NCBI GenBank assembly: GCA_001275005.1
Contig: JWZX01003354.1
Coordinates: forward strand, 1-45,772
Length of the DNA: 45,772 nt
From: Chrysochromulina tobinii
Lineage: Eukaryota
Direction of reading: 5' to 3'
Translations under genes and position numbers: made by a program
The notes under the pieces: model-generated
What the model was told of the DNA's origin: nothing
Seen by the model: only the letters and a program-made list of their open reading frames with translations
Database searches by the model: none
Shown: piece after piece, positions 45,772 to 45,772 of the stretch
Position numbering within the stretch: position 1 is the stretch's first letter
How the letters are laid out: every line of letters begins with the position of its first letter

Positions 45772-45772
45772 G
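45380..45772 (-). repeat. Extensin-like (SPPP/SPPPP)n coding tract running off the window
   Basis: PPSPPPSPPPPSPPP... with synonymous codon variation. Confidence 0.9.

Overview
GC-rich eukaryotic genomic DNA; the GTGCGC/GTACGC splice donors, short introns, SPPP-rich tracts and RRL motifs suggest a microalga, probably a haptophyte (inference). The window holds two convergent genes, both running off its edges. (1) + strand, <2-3188, three exons: Cys/His zinc fingers, a Tudor domain and a PZP module (PHD, Zn-knuckle, extended PHD) fused to a C-terminal C5-cytosine methyltransferase domain that looks bacterial (Dcm/HhaI-like) and has degenerate SAM-binding motifs. (2) - strand, 3577 to >45771: one giant reading frame of about 14,000 codons in-window. 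The ORF track splits it into four pieces, which rejoin through one 82-nt intron and two single-base +1 frameshifts. It is built of roughly 90-100 diverged ~130-aa repeats, extensin-like Pro-rich tracts, about four PPC-like beta-sandwich domains and a GPI-type hydrophobic C-terminus, so it is probably a giant cell-surface protein. The array shows nested domain insertions and a near-identical 402-bp internal duplicate. No RNA genes, CRISPR arrays or mobile elements were found.
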